From: an uncultured Candidatus Micrarchaeota archaeon
Lineage (GTDB): Archaea; Micrarchaeota; Micrarchaeia; Anstonellales; Bilamarchaeaceae
DNA length: 64,000 nucleotides
Assembly (NCBI GenBank): GCA_903828955.1
Contig: CAIKOA010000008.1
Coordinates: forward strand, 36,813-100,812
Direction: 5' to 3'
Positions 35,381-45,308 of this stretch are shown here, in pieces. The position numbers were made by a program, and so were the translations under genes. The notes under the pieces were generated by a model, which did no database searches, had not been told where the DNA came from, and worked only from the letters and a program-made list of their open reading frames with translations. How positions within the stretch are numbered: position 1 is the first letter of the stretch; every line of letters starts with the position of its first letter.

Positions 35381-36040
35381 ATGATAGTCCTGAACCTGAA
35401 GAACTATTCGGAGACTTACAAGAGGATTGACCTTCTTGTGGATGCGGCGCGGGAAGCCTCCCAATTGAGCGAAGTGCGCATAGTGGTCTGCCCTCCCCCA
35501 ACGCACTTGCAGAGGGCAAGGATGGCGCACAAAGACGTATTTGCGCAGCACGTTGACCCGCTTGAACCAGGCGCATACACCGGCTACACCCTTCCCGAAG
35601 GGGTAAAATCCCTGGGCGCAAAAGGCTCCCTCATAAACCACTCAGAACGCAGGTGCCCGGACAAGGTTTCGCTTGCGGTTCCAATGCTCAAGAAATACGA
35701 GCTTGAATCCATCGTTTGCGCGGAAAGCCCGGCCGAATGCAAGCAGTTTGCAAAATTCAAGCCGAACTTCATCGCAATCGAGCCGCCTGAACTCATAGGC
35801 TCAGGAAAGAGCGTCTCCAAAACCAAGCCGAAAGTGATTAGCGATTCTTTGGATGCGGTAAGGAAGGTAAGCAAAGACATTCCCCTTCTCTGCGGAGCAG
35901 GGGTCAGCGACAAAAAGGACGTGGACAAGGCACTCTCCCTTGGCGCTTCCGGGGTTCTGCTCGCCTCAGCGTTCGTAAAGGATCCGGACCCGCTCAAGTT
36001 CCTAATGAACCTTTCCAAGCCCTTCAAGCATTATATGTAG
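35381..36040 (+). CDS. tpiA: Triosephosphate isomerase, archaeal short form
   Basis: MIVLNLKNY...INHSERR...AIEPPELIGSG...CGAGVS...GVLLASAFVK; about 219 aa. ORF 35231.. is an upstream extension that overlaps the translin gene. Confidence 0.85.
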   Translation: MIVLNLKNYSETYKRIDLLVDAAREASQLSEVRIVVCPPPTHLQRARMAHKDVFAQHVDPLEPGAYTGYTLPEGVKSLGAKGSLINHSERRCPDKVSLAVPMLKKYELESIVCAESPAECKQFAKFKPNFIAIEPPELIGSGKSVSKTKPKVISDSLDAVRKVSKDIPLLCGAGVSDKKDVDKALSLGASGVLLASAFVKDPDPLKFLMNLSKPFKHYM

Positions 36041-36246
36041 TCACCAGGCAGGGGAGATCCCCCGCCTAGTGGAACCTACCCCCCCTCGCTAGGCTTATGT
36101 CCTTAGGTCGCTTCGCATTATTCTTTACCCATCCCCAACCTGCCCCATAACACGTCCTTGGTTTTATTTGCGTTCTTTTCCTCTATTTTGTGTTCATTTT
36201 AGTGGTTTAATGTGGGTTTAAAAAGGTTTTCCCCCATAATAACATT

Positions 36247-38016
36247 ATGACTGATAATCCTAAAGAGGTCAAAGCAAAAACTGATGCGGCAGTCGCACAG
36301 GGAAGGCGTTTTTTCCTAGGCGACGTTGCAGGCAGCCTGCACAGGCAGCAGGCAGCAGCGCAGAGAACCACTCCTCCTCCACAGGCAGCCGCGCAAAAGC
36401 CGGCTCCGGAACCCGCGAGGAAAACCAGGGGCTTCGAAGAGCCCGCGCCAAAAAGCCCAGAACCGCCTCAAATACTTCAAAAACCTCCTGTTTATCCGCG
36501 CCCACAGGGAGCCCGCACAACCCCCCCGATGTCATTCGGTTTTGATCCGGAAGGGGGCGCCAGCAAGGCCAGCGGGGAAAGGGCGCCAACAATCATTCCG
36601 GCGGAGCCACAGCCTTCTCCGGAAGGTTTTGTCGAAAAGGGAGGCACCCCGGACAGCATAATGGACGCGCTTTTTGGCGCAACAAACAGGGAAGCGAGGC
36701 TCGAAGAGATGCTCTCAATAAAGCAGGGTGTTTCAAAACTGGCGCTCCAGCGCGGCACCGCCCCGATGCAGATGGACGCATTTACAGAAGAAAGCGAGGT
36801 GAGCGAAAATATCGAGCGCCTAAAGGGAAAGATCCCCACCCGCTTCGTCCCATTCATCGAATCCGCAATGGAAGTGCTCGCAAAGAACATGAAGGGCTAT
36901 GAGCCCCTCGTGAAAGTCATGATGACGGAGCGCAGGTGGACGCACGAGCAGGAGGAGACCCTCGGTGGCGCGCTTTCAGCCGCTTCCGACGAGCTCCAGA
37001 GGATTTTCAGCAGGATGTACAAGCAGGAGGCGGTCCAGAGGGTGAAAAGCAGGCAGGAAATCAAGGGGCTTGCGGACCCGGGGGAGGTCGAGAAGCTTTT
37101 CGCACACACAATCCTAAGCTCAAAGCACGCAAACGCAAACCGCGAAACAAACGTTTTCGACGCATTCGCAAAAGGCGCAACGTTCGTTTTCCTGAGCCAG
37201 CAAAGGCCGCGCACATTCATGCACGCACTCGGCCACCCGGAAATCGCAAAACCCTATGGCGCTTTCGGTGGCGTTGAAGGACTCGGCGTGATGCTCGGGC
37301 TCGACCTTCCGGACCCGCAAACCGTTAACAACATGCCAAACCCGCTGATAGGGCTCGGCTTCCGCCTTTACTCGGAAGTGCACCTCACCACCCTTGCAGG
37401 CTGGCTTGTTTCGGTCTCGTCCAAGTGGCCGCGGCCGCAGATTGTCGGTCGTTTTGAGAACATGGTGAAGCACGATGTGGACGAATTCCAGAGCGCGGTC
37501 TCCGAAACACGCTTCAACGCAGAAATGTTCTTCCAGGTGCTTGGGAGGGAAGACCACTCAAAAATCAGGTCCGATAAGAGCCTGAATTCGATATTCGAAG
37601 AAGCCGCCAAGGGCTCGGGAAGCATGATTTACGGGAACGCAGACGACATTTTCGATGCGCTCGAAGCGGTGGTTGGATACATGAACATGCTGAAGCACGA
37701 CAAGGTCGCAAGGACGCTGTTCCTCGAGTCCTATCTTGCAAACTACCCGCTCGGAACGAACGGGGGGACCTTCTACAAGATGTTCGGGATGTGCCTTTTC
37801 AACGAAAAAGACGACATAGAGCGCCACCCGGAAGTTGTGGAAGCATTCCAGAACGACCCGGACGCGCGCGTACAGTTCCACATCCAGGAGAAGCTCGAGC
37901 AGCTCGAAGTAAGGAAGACGCTCATGGGCCTGAGGGCGGGCCAAGAAGCCGCCAAGGGAGAAAAACCCGAAGACGATTTCGGGGACCTGACCTTCGAGGG
38001 AGAACCAAAGCCCTAG
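36247..38016 (+). CDS. Hypothetical protein: Pro/Ala-rich disordered N-terminus + about 430-aa globular domain of unknown family
   Basis: 589-aa uninterrupted ORF in a locally GC-rich stretch. No recognisable catalytic or nucleotide-binding motifs. Confidence 0.55.
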   Translation: MTDNPKEVKAKTDAAVAQGRRFFLGDVAGSLHRQQAAAQRTTPPPQAAAQKPAPEPARKTRGFEEPAPKSPEPPQILQKPPVYPRPQGARTTPPMSFGFDPEGGASKASGERAPTIIPAEPQPSPEGFVEKGGTPDSIMDALFGATNREARLEEMLSIKQGVSKLALQRGTAPMQMDAFTEESEVSENIERLKGKIPTRFVPFIESAMEVLAKNMKGYEPLVKVMMTERRWTHEQEETLGGALSAASDELQRIFSRMYKQEAVQRVKSRQEIKGLADPGEVEKLFAHTILSSKHANANRETNVFDAFAKGATFVFLSQQRPRTFMHALGHPEIAKPYGAFGGVEGLGVMLGLDLPDPQTVNNMPNPLIGLGFRLYSEVHLTTLAGWLVSVSSKWPRPQIVGRFENMVKHDVDEFQSAVSETRFNAEMFFQVLGREDHSKIRSDKSLNSIFEEAAKGSGSMIYGNADDIFDALEAVVGYMNMLKHDKVARTLFLESYLANYPLGTNGGTFYKMFGMCLFNEKDDIERHPEVVEAFQNDPDARVQFHIQEKLEQLEVRKTLMGLRAGQEAAKGEKPEDDFGDLTFEGEPKP

Positions 38017-39920
38017 CCGTGGAATATCGGCCTCTTGGATAGTTCAGGGGTAAGCGAAAGCGCATCAAAGGGCATTCCTTTCGTTCCTTCCCTTATGGTT
38101 TTTCCAAGTTCAGCAGCATCCATATCCTTCTTCTCATCCGTTGCGCGAATCGTTACGGAAAGCTTCCCGCTCTCCGCCTCCTTATCCCCGATTACAGCAA
38201 TGTAGGGAATCCATTCTTTCTGCGCATTCCGGATTTTCTTTCCAAGCGTTTCCGTAGTGTCATCCAAATCGCAGCGGACCCCTTCCCCAATTAGCTCCAT
38301 CGCCTTCCTGGCAGCATCCACGTGCTTTTCCGAAATCGGAATGATGCGCACCTGCGCAGGCGAAAGCCAGAGAGGGAGAATTGCCTTCTTCCCCTTCTCC
38401 ATCCTCATCGCTTCCTTTTCCAGAAGAGCATAAATTACCCGCTCCAGGCTCCCGGAAATTGATGCATGGGTAATTATGGGCCTCTGCTTGCTCCCATCCT
38501 CAGCCACGAAATTTATGTCGTAAGTATCCGCATTCTCCACATCAATCTGCACGGTAGTAAGCGCGCTAGCCTTATCCATCGCATCAATGAAGTTGAATTC
38601 GAATTTTGTAATGAAGTACGCATACCTCTGGTCAAACAATTCCACAACAATTGGCTTCCCAATTTTCTTCACAAGGGAATTGTACCATTCCTTGTTCTCT
38701 TCGTAGAAGCTCCGCAGTATGCGGAAACCAACTTCGCATTCATCAAGCAGGCTCACTCCGCTCAGCCAATCCATCCCGAGTTCCAGCTGCATCTCAAACT
38801 CTTCCCTTGCCTGCCCCATATCCTTCAAAATTCCGTGCATATCCGGCATTGTGAATGCGCGCAGCCTCTTCAATCCGGCAAGCTCGCCTCCCTGCTCCCT
38901 CCGAAAAGAATACCGAGTTAATTCAAACATCCTCATCGGAAGCTGCTTATGGCTGAAAACCATGTCGTGCGCAATTAAGAATTGCCCGAAGCATGCGGCA
39001 AAGCGGAGGAAGAATTTCTTATCCTCGCTCATCACCACATACTGCCGGGCCGGAAACCTGTTCAAATATTTCTTGAGCGAAGGGTGCTCGTAATCATACA
39101 TGATCGGAGTTTCAACTTCCATCGCCCCATAATCCACGCACGCATCCGTAATCGAGCGCTCAAGCAGTTTCTTTACAAGCCGGCCCTTAGGGTAAAACCG
39201 GAAATTCCCGCTGTCCGCCCCCGGCTCATAGTCCACCAATTCCTGCTCCCGCATCAATTTTATGTGGGGCGGCTCCTTATCATAAGCCCTCACCTTTTTC
39301 GTCTCATAAGTCGCGAGCTTCTTCAGCTTTTCATTCCCAGTGAAGTTGAACTTCTCAATCTCAGTAAGCTTTCCATCCGTACCGAGCACGTAGAATCTGC
39401 TCGTCATCTTCTCTTCTGCTTTAATTGAATCCGAAACCGCCAGAGTATCGCTTACCTGCACAACGTGCTGGCCCTTATCCACATTGACCCCGTGCGCAGA
39501 GAATACGCGCGAAAGCTCGCTTAAGGGATGCCCCTTGCAAGCAACATTAAATTTCTTATACCATCCAAAAGGCGCCCTAATCACGGTAAATCCGACTTCC
39601 TTCAGCTCCCCTTCAATCTGCTTCATTAATTCGATTGCAGCCTCCGGAGTAGAAGGCGCAGAGCCCATGAGCAAGTGCGCATAGGGATAAATCATTACAT
39701 TCCTGCACTTTACCTGCGCAGCAATTTCCTGAATGTCTTTCACAGCCTGCTCAATCACCGAATCCAGGTTCCCCTCATCCGTTTTCTCAACCGCGATGCG
39801 CACCCAGAGCGCATCCTTCATTTCCGCTTTTTTCATTTCCTCCGGGATTTCTTCCGAAAGCTTTGTCTTCTTGGTCACTTCGTAGGAAACGCTGTCAGCG
39901 TGTATTATCAGCTCTTTCAT
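38013..39920 (-). CDS. thrS: Threonyl-tRNA synthetase, archaeal type (N-terminal D-aminoacyl-tRNA-deacylase-like editing domain)
   Basis: Class II aaRS motifs (FRREQ..., GG at motif 3). Archaeal N-terminal editing domain (MKELIIHADSVSYEV...) in place of the bacterial N2. 635 aa. Confidence 0.9.
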   Translation of the reverse strand: MKELIIHADSVSYEVTKKTKLSEEIPEEMKKAEMKDALWVRIAVEKTDEGNLDSVIEQAVKDIQEIAAQVKCRNVMIYPYAHLLMGSAPSTPEAAIELMKQIEGELKEVGFTVIRAPFGWYKKFNVACKGHPLSELSRVFSAHGVNVDKGQHVVQVSDTLAVSDSIKAEEKMTSRFYVLGTDGKLTEIEKFNFTGNEKLKKLATYETKKVRAYDKEPPHIKLMREQELVDYEPGADSGNFRFYPKGRLVKKLLERSITDACVDYGAMEVETPIMYDYEHPSLKKYLNRFPARQYVVMSEDKKFFLRFAACFGQFLIAHDMVFSHKQLPMRMFELTRYSFRREQGGELAGLKRLRAFTMPDMHGILKDMGQAREEFEMQLELGMDWLSGVSLLDECEVGFRILRSFYEENKEWYNSLVKKIGKPIVVELFDQRYAYFITKFEFNFIDAMDKASALTTVQIDVENADTYDINFVAEDGSKQRPIITHASISGSLERVIYALLEKEAMRMEKGKKAILPLWLSPAQVRIIPISEKHVDAARKAMELIGEGVRCDLDDTTETLGKKIRNAQKEWIPYIAVIGDKEAESGKLSVTIRATDEKKDMDAAELGKTIREGTKGMPFDALSLTPELSKRPIFHG

Positions 39921-40030
39921 AATGATTACCTTTAATGCGTTTTATTCAGATATTCTTTAAAATGCTGTATTAGGCGGCGCGCACGGCCGCCACCTCGTTA
40001 TTTTTATTCCTTTCCCCACCAAATTAATGC

Positions 40031-43000
40031 ATGTCATTGAGGAATTTGTTTGCGTTCTTAGTGGTGTTGGGCCTCGTTTTTTCCGCCCCCAGTGTTCCGA
40101 TAGGTGCGTGCCAGAACATAACCGCCCCAGGGGCGTATTATATGCTCACCAGGGACATCAGCGGGGATTATGGTACGGAGAATTATTGCATAGGCATCTA
40201 TGCTGAAAACGTCACCCTTGATTGTGCGGGGCACAGCATTTCCGGAGCCACTTCTAACGATGTGGAGATAAGCCACACAAACAACGTGACGCTGAAGAAC
40301 TGCAACATCTACGGAGGCGTTTGGGGCTTATATGCAGATGGCTATAACCACACAATAGTGAACAACACATTCCACGACCAGAGCGAGAACATTGATGTGG
40401 CGATTTCCGGAAGTTATTTTGCAAACAACACCTTTTTTGCATCCGAAAACGAATGCGCATTAAACTCGGGTGACGACAATGTTTTCGAGGGAAATGAATT
40501 CTATGACTGCGGGTATTCCGGATTATCCTTAATCGGAGACCGCAACACCGTTAGAAACAACACCGCCCACGACTGCGACGAATCCGGATTCTACGTACAC
40601 GGAATGCTGAACAACATAACCGGAAACACAGCCTATGGGGATGACCTAGTAGACTACACCGGAGGCGGGTTTGAAATTGCCGGGGCGTCCATGGACATAA
40701 TTTCCGGGAACACCGCTTATGGAAGCGCCAATGGATTCTACATAGAAGGAAACATCCCCAGGGACATTCTTGGGGCGGGCGTGCCCACAGTATTCGGAAA
40801 CACGTTCACGAACAATCACGCATACAACAACATCGTGGGGCTCAACACACTCGATTACAATGGAACGTACAAAAATAACGTTCTGGAGCAAAACCAGGAG
40901 GCAGACCTCCTGCTTGGAGGGGATGCCTGGTTCAGCATTGGAAGCGGCCTGCATGGGGGAGACATGAGGGCCACTACTCCACTTCAGACGCTGCCCAAGA
41001 TGTGCTACAACCTCTTTGAGAACAACACCGGCTCCGAAGGCAGGCCGATCTATTTCGCGAACAAGACCGTAACCCTCAGCGGAGGCACCTATTCGGAAGT
41101 GGTGCTCTGCAACGCGGACAACTCGGTTGTCGAGGGCGTAACTGTCTCCGGCTCAGACGACCTGGACAACAACGGGATGCTCCTCTTCTACACCGATGAT
41201 GCAACCTTGAAAAATTCAGCCTCCAATGACAACCTGTTCGGCTTCGCTTTATTCGGCAGCAACGGAACCGCCCTTGAGGGATGCAACTCGGATGGCAGCG
41301 GGGTCGGAATAGCCACCGGCCGCTGCAAGGACATCCTGGTCACAAATCACGAAAGCAAAAACAACAGGATGAACGGAACCCTCTTCATAAACCTTTTGAT
41401 GAATTACCTTGGCGGGCCCCTCACCGGGGAGCCTCTGGCCGCCCCCCTCAGAATCAAGGATTCCGGGGCGGGTGCGATATTCATCCAGTCCCCGCGCACA
41501 ACTGTCTCAAGCTCTTCCTTCTCGGAGAGCACGGCAGGGGTGATGTTCGCCTTCAGCGATGAATCGCTCATGCAGGGGGTAAGCATCTTCAATAACGACA
41601 TTTTTGGCGCCGGATACCTGAATTCCTACGATGGGGCGTTGTCCGGAAGCAACATTTACGGAAACGACGGGGACATGTACTCTATTTTTTATGAGGGGAC
41701 AGGCCTTCCGCCCAGATACCAGATGCTCGAAAAGCTTCCTCTTGGAGCAGGGGTGCTTGACCTTAGCTCGGGCGTCTTGACGAGTCTGGAAGGGACCTTA
41801 AGGTACACCGGCCCGTGCTGGTCTTCCTCACAGAATTGCGACCCGGCCCGCGGCTCGATATGCAGCTATGATACAGGAGGGTGCGTGGACGGGGCCGTTG
41901 AAAACCATTACAACTCCTCAAGAATTTATGAGAACAACTATGGGCTCGTGCTCCTGAACATCGGGAACGAGTTTGTGGACGGATGCAGCGTTTATGGCAA
42001 CAGCGTGCTAGGGGTAATTGACGCATCCAATGTGAGGAACGCCCTCGCAGGCGATCTCCAATCCTCGCAGATTCCGGTGGAGCAGCCCAAATCAGCAACC
42101 ATAATCCACACCACGATGTCAAAGAACGGCGAAGGCTTGTTCTCGACCTTCGCGGCCGTCATTGAAAAGAGCAACGGAGGGCGCCAGACTCAGTTCGAAA
42201 AGCTTCTCCTCCTTCTGGACAAATCGATTCCAAAGGGGACCTTTGAATTCGAACTTGTAGAGGCGAACCCGTTCTGGAATATGGACCTGCCGCTTGCATT
42301 CCGCGCAGACCCAAGCGCACAAGGAATCCCGTGGGAGGTCAACAACTCCGCGGTAGGTGCGGGAACATCCTCGGTGTCCTTCTCGGTTGAAGACAACGCC
42401 ACCGCGGTCTATGTGATCTCTGATACCAACCTTCCAAGCGTAAGAAAGATAGTCGTGCAAGAAGAGGATTTGGACTTGAATGCGACCTTGCACTTGCTGC
42501 CGAGCGTGGGCGTGGCGGGCAAGGAGCCGTTCCTGGACAAGTACTTCCTTGTGGCGGCATTGGCCGAGAACCCGAACTATCTCTCAGCAACCCCAGAGGG
42601 CCCGGAAATAACGAATTTCCAGGTCCACTACGGAGGAACCGCAAACTACGATGGAAACACCATGGGGCTCTACCTCCTTTCGTACTACCGGCAGGGCTGG
42701 TATTGCGAAGAGGATACCGATTGCCCGAACTACCCGCACCAGCGCTGCTACGAAAAGATGTGCACCAATGTCCAGTGCGAGTCCGACAGTGATTGCAATT
42801 CCCTCCAGGCTGCCCCGACGGGGCAATACTGCGTGGGCTACATTTGCTCAGGCTGCAGAAACGACACGGATTGCGAGACCGGCTATTCGTGCTATGAGCT
42901 GGCCCAGAGCAACGGGGAATGCCGGCCTACTTTATGTGTCTATGACTCGGAATGCCCGGAGGGCTATGTATGCAATATGGAAAGGGCCGCGTGCGAGCGG

Positions 43001-43816
43001 TCCATAATAGGAGGGGAACGCTCCTCAGGGCCGCTTCCGCTTCCGCAAGAGCAGCCTAAGGATGTCCTCAAGGCTTCGGAAACCCCGCAGGGAGACGTGT
43101 TCCTTAAAGGAAGATGGATTCCGGTCCCTCTTCAATCAAACAACGTTTCGGGGCGGACAATCACAGTGACTCCGCTCTCTCAGCATGACCGCACCGAGTT
43201 CCTGAGCCAAATCTTCGGAGACGTAATCCCGTCCGGTTATCTGGTATATGCGGACGTCTACGGATTGTTTGCAACGCCCCTTCCCGGAAAAGAGGGCGCG
43301 GAGCCATTGGTCTACGCATGCCAACAGGATGCGGACTGCGGAGATTGCGAATACTGCAGCATAGCCAACCACCAGTGCATGCCAAAGGAAGCGGCGCAGT
43401 GCGGGGTTGTGGGCAAGCAATGCGGGGCAGGATATGCCTGCGACCAGTGCTCCTGCGTTCCTCCGGAATGCACATCTGATTCGCAGTGCAAGGAAGGCTA
43501 CCAGTGCATGGATTACTCATGCGTAGAGAAGCCCACGGAGAAGCCTCCGGAGCAAAAGCCTCCAGAGCAGCCTTCACCCGCGCCTGTAGCTCCTACTCCG
43601 GTAGTAACCCCAGAGCAGCCTCCGGAAAAGCCGACCTACCCGCTTGTGACGGTTGAAGTTCCCTCTGTGAATGCGCCCAAGCAGCCGGTAACCCAGCCGC
43701 AGGCTGAATTCCAGGTCCAGCAGATAGGAGTGGTGCTCCTTCTCTTGATAGGGCTTGTGGCAGCATACCTGTGGTTCAGCAGGAGGCACCAACCCTCTGC
43801 AACACACAGGGAATAG
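40031..43816 (+). CDS. Giant secreted right-handed beta-helix surface protein with Cys-rich modules, Pro/Glu/Thr linker and C-terminal TM anchor
   Basis: Signal peptide. Parallel beta-helix repeats (NVTLKNCNIYGG...NNTFHD...NNTAHD...GNTAYG). More than 30 N-x-S/T sequons. Cys-rich CxxDxDC modules (residues about 880-1170). PEQKPPEQPSPAP linker. C-terminal hydrophobic helix + RRH. Confidence 0.8.
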   Translation: MSLRNLFAFLVVLGLVFSAPSVPIGACQNITAPGAYYMLTRDISGDYGTENYCIGIYAENVTLDCAGHSISGATSNDVEISHTNNVTLKNCNIYGGVWGLYADGYNHTIVNNTFHDQSENIDVAISGSYFANNTFFASENECALNSGDDNVFEGNEFYDCGYSGLSLIGDRNTVRNNTAHDCDESGFYVHGMLNNITGNTAYGDDLVDYTGGGFEIAGASMDIISGNTAYGSANGFYIEGNIPRDILGAGVPTVFGNTFTNNHAYNNIVGLNTLDYNGTYKNNVLEQNQEADLLLGGDAWFSIGSGLHGGDMRATTPLQTLPKMCYNLFENNTGSEGRPIYFANKTVTLSGGTYSEVVLCNADNSVVEGVTVSGSDDLDNNGMLLFYTDDATLKNSASNDNLFGFALFGSNGTALEGCNSDGSGVGIATGRCKDILVTNHESKNNRMNGTLFINLLMNYLGGPLTGEPLAAPLRIKDSGAGAIFIQSPRTTVSSSSFSESTAGVMFAFSDESLMQGVSIFNNDIFGAGYLNSYDGALSGSNIYGNDGDMYSIFYEGTGLPPRYQMLEKLPLGAGVLDLSSGVLTSLEGTLRYTGPCWSSSQNCDPARGSICSYDTGGCVDGAVENHYNSSRIYENNYGLVLLNIGNEFVDGCSVYGNSVLGVIDASNVRNALAGDLQSSQIPVEQPKSATIIHTTMSKNGEGLFSTFAAVIEKSNGGRQTQFEKLLLLLDKSIPKGTFEFELVEANPFWNMDLPLAFRADPSAQGIPWEVNNSAVGAGTSSVSFSVEDNATAVYVISDTNLPSVRKIVVQEEDLDLNATLHLLPSVGVAGKEPFLDKYFLVAALAENPNYLSATPEGPEITNFQVHYGGTANYDGNTMGLYLLSYYRQGWYCEEDTDCPNYPHQRCYEKMCTNVQCESDSDCNSLQAAPTGQYCVGYICSGCRNDTDCETGYSCYELAQSNGECRPTLCVYDSECPEGYVCNMERAACERSIIGGERSSGPLPLPQEQPKDVLKASETPQGDVFLKGRWIPVPLQSNNVSGRTITVTPLSQHDRTEFLSQIFGDVIPSGYLVYADVYGLFATPLPGKEGAEPLVYACQQDADCGDCEYCSIANHQCMPKEAAQCGVVGKQCGAGYACDQCSCVPPECTSDSQCKEGYQCMDYSCVEKPTEKPPEQKPPEQPSPAPVAPTPVVTPEQPPEKPTYPLVTVEVPSVNAPKQPVTQPQAEFQVQQIGVVLLLLIGLVAAYLWFSRRHQPSATHRE

Positions 43817-43860
43817 CCTCTCTTTTTATTTTCTTTCTTATTTCTTCTTTCTTGTTATTT

Positions 43861-45162
43861 ATGTTTGGCACTTCCGGAATACGCGGCGTATACGGCTCAG
43901 AAATAACCCCAGAACTAGCCTTGCGCATAGGGAACGCATTTGCCTATTCTAGCCTGGTCGTTGCAAAAGATACGCGAGAGACCGGAGAGCTCCTTTCCAA
44001 TGCGGCAATGAGCGGTGCGCTGAGCGCAGGAAAGGATGCGATCTATTGCGGAATAATCCCCACTCCCCTTCTTGCCTTTGCAACACTTAAGCACAAGGCA
44101 AACGGGATAATGGTCACCGCCTCCCACAACCCGCCCGAATACAATGGGCTGAAACTCATTTCCAAGGGAAAGGAAATTGGGAAAGAGGAAGAGAAGAAGG
44201 TCATTTCCAATTATGAAAAGGGAATCTCCCTCTCTTCCTGGGACAAGACCGGCTCTGAGAAAAGAGACGAGGAAATAATTGAAGATTACATAAAATTCAT
44301 CCTTCCATTGATTGATGCCGAAAAAATACGCGCACGCGCGCCCAAAATAGTTGTTGATTGCAACGGTGCCGCGCACGTGGTCACGCCACGCCTTCTGGAA
44401 ATGCTCGGGTGCATCGTGACCGCAATCAATATGCAATCACGCGGATTTGCAAGGCCTTCCGAGCCATCTGCCAAGAATCTTGATGCGCTTTGCGCAAAAG
44501 TAAAAGAGGAAAAGGCGGACTTTGGAATTGCCCATGACGGCGACGGGGACCGCATCTCAATTGTGGATGAGCGCGGCTACGTGATCAACATGGACGTCCA
44601 GCTCTCCCTCATGATTCTGGAAGAGTTGGGAAAGAAAAAAGGAAAAGTTGTGAGCACGGTTGAATCTTCCCTCATTGTAAAAGACGCAGTTGCCCAAGGC
44701 GGCGGCGAACTCATAATTACTCCGGTAGGCAGCACCTATGTCGCTGATAAAATGGAAGAAGTCGGCGCGGTTTTCGGAGGGGAACCCGCAGGGGAATATA
44801 TCTACTCAAAGGGAGTTCATGTTCCGGATGCAATTTTAGCCGCAGCCAAATTTGCGCAGATGTTTTCAGAGAAGGGAAAGTTTTCAACCCTCTCTGCCCC
44901 TTTCAAGCCCTTCCCAATGGTCAGGGAGAAATTCAAGACCTCGGACAAGAAGAAGGCAATGGAGAAAATACGCTCCGGAATGGATTTCGAAGGAAAACTG
45001 AACACGGTTGATGGCTTGCGCGTGGATGCGGAGGATTACTGGCTTCTTATCCGCCCTTCGGGAACCGAGCACATAATCCGCCTTACTCTGGAAGCGAAAG
45101 AGCAGAAAAAACTGGAAGAAAGCCACGCAAAAGCAAAGGCGCTGATTGAAAAATCGGTTTAG
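43861..45162 (+). CDS. glmM: Phosphoglucosamine mutase / phosphomannomutase (alpha-D-phosphohexomutase family)
   Basis: MFGTSGIRGV N-terminus, active-site TASHNPPEYNGLK, DGDGDR metal loop. ORF 43771.. is an upstream extension that overlaps the previous gene. Confidence 0.85.
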   Translation: MFGTSGIRGVYGSEITPELALRIGNAFAYSSLVVAKDTRETGELLSNAAMSGALSAGKDAIYCGIIPTPLLAFATLKHKANGIMVTASHNPPEYNGLKLISKGKEIGKEEEKKVISNYEKGISLSSWDKTGSEKRDEEIIEDYIKFILPLIDAEKIRARAPKIVVDCNGAAHVVTPRLLEMLGCIVTAINMQSRGFARPSEPSAKNLDALCAKVKEEKADFGIAHDGDGDRISIVDERGYVINMDVQLSLMILEELGKKKGKVVSTVESSLIVKDAVAQGGGELIITPVGSTYVADKMEEVGAVFGGEPAGEYIYSKGVHVPDAILAAAKFAQMFSEKGKFSTLSAPFKPFPMVREKFKTSDKKKAMEKIRSGMDFEGKLNTVDGLRVDAEDYWLLIRPSGTEHIIRLTLEAKEQKKLEESHAKAKALIEKSV

Positions 45163-45308
45163 CCCTGCTTACCCTCTTTATTTAAAATATTCATAATCAC
45201 TAAATACCTTGGTGGTAGGTTGGAACATGAGTTTGCCATAGTGGCGGATTACCTGCAGACTCAGCCAGCCCGCCCAGTGGATCACATTCATTTGGAGGTG
45301 GCAAACTC

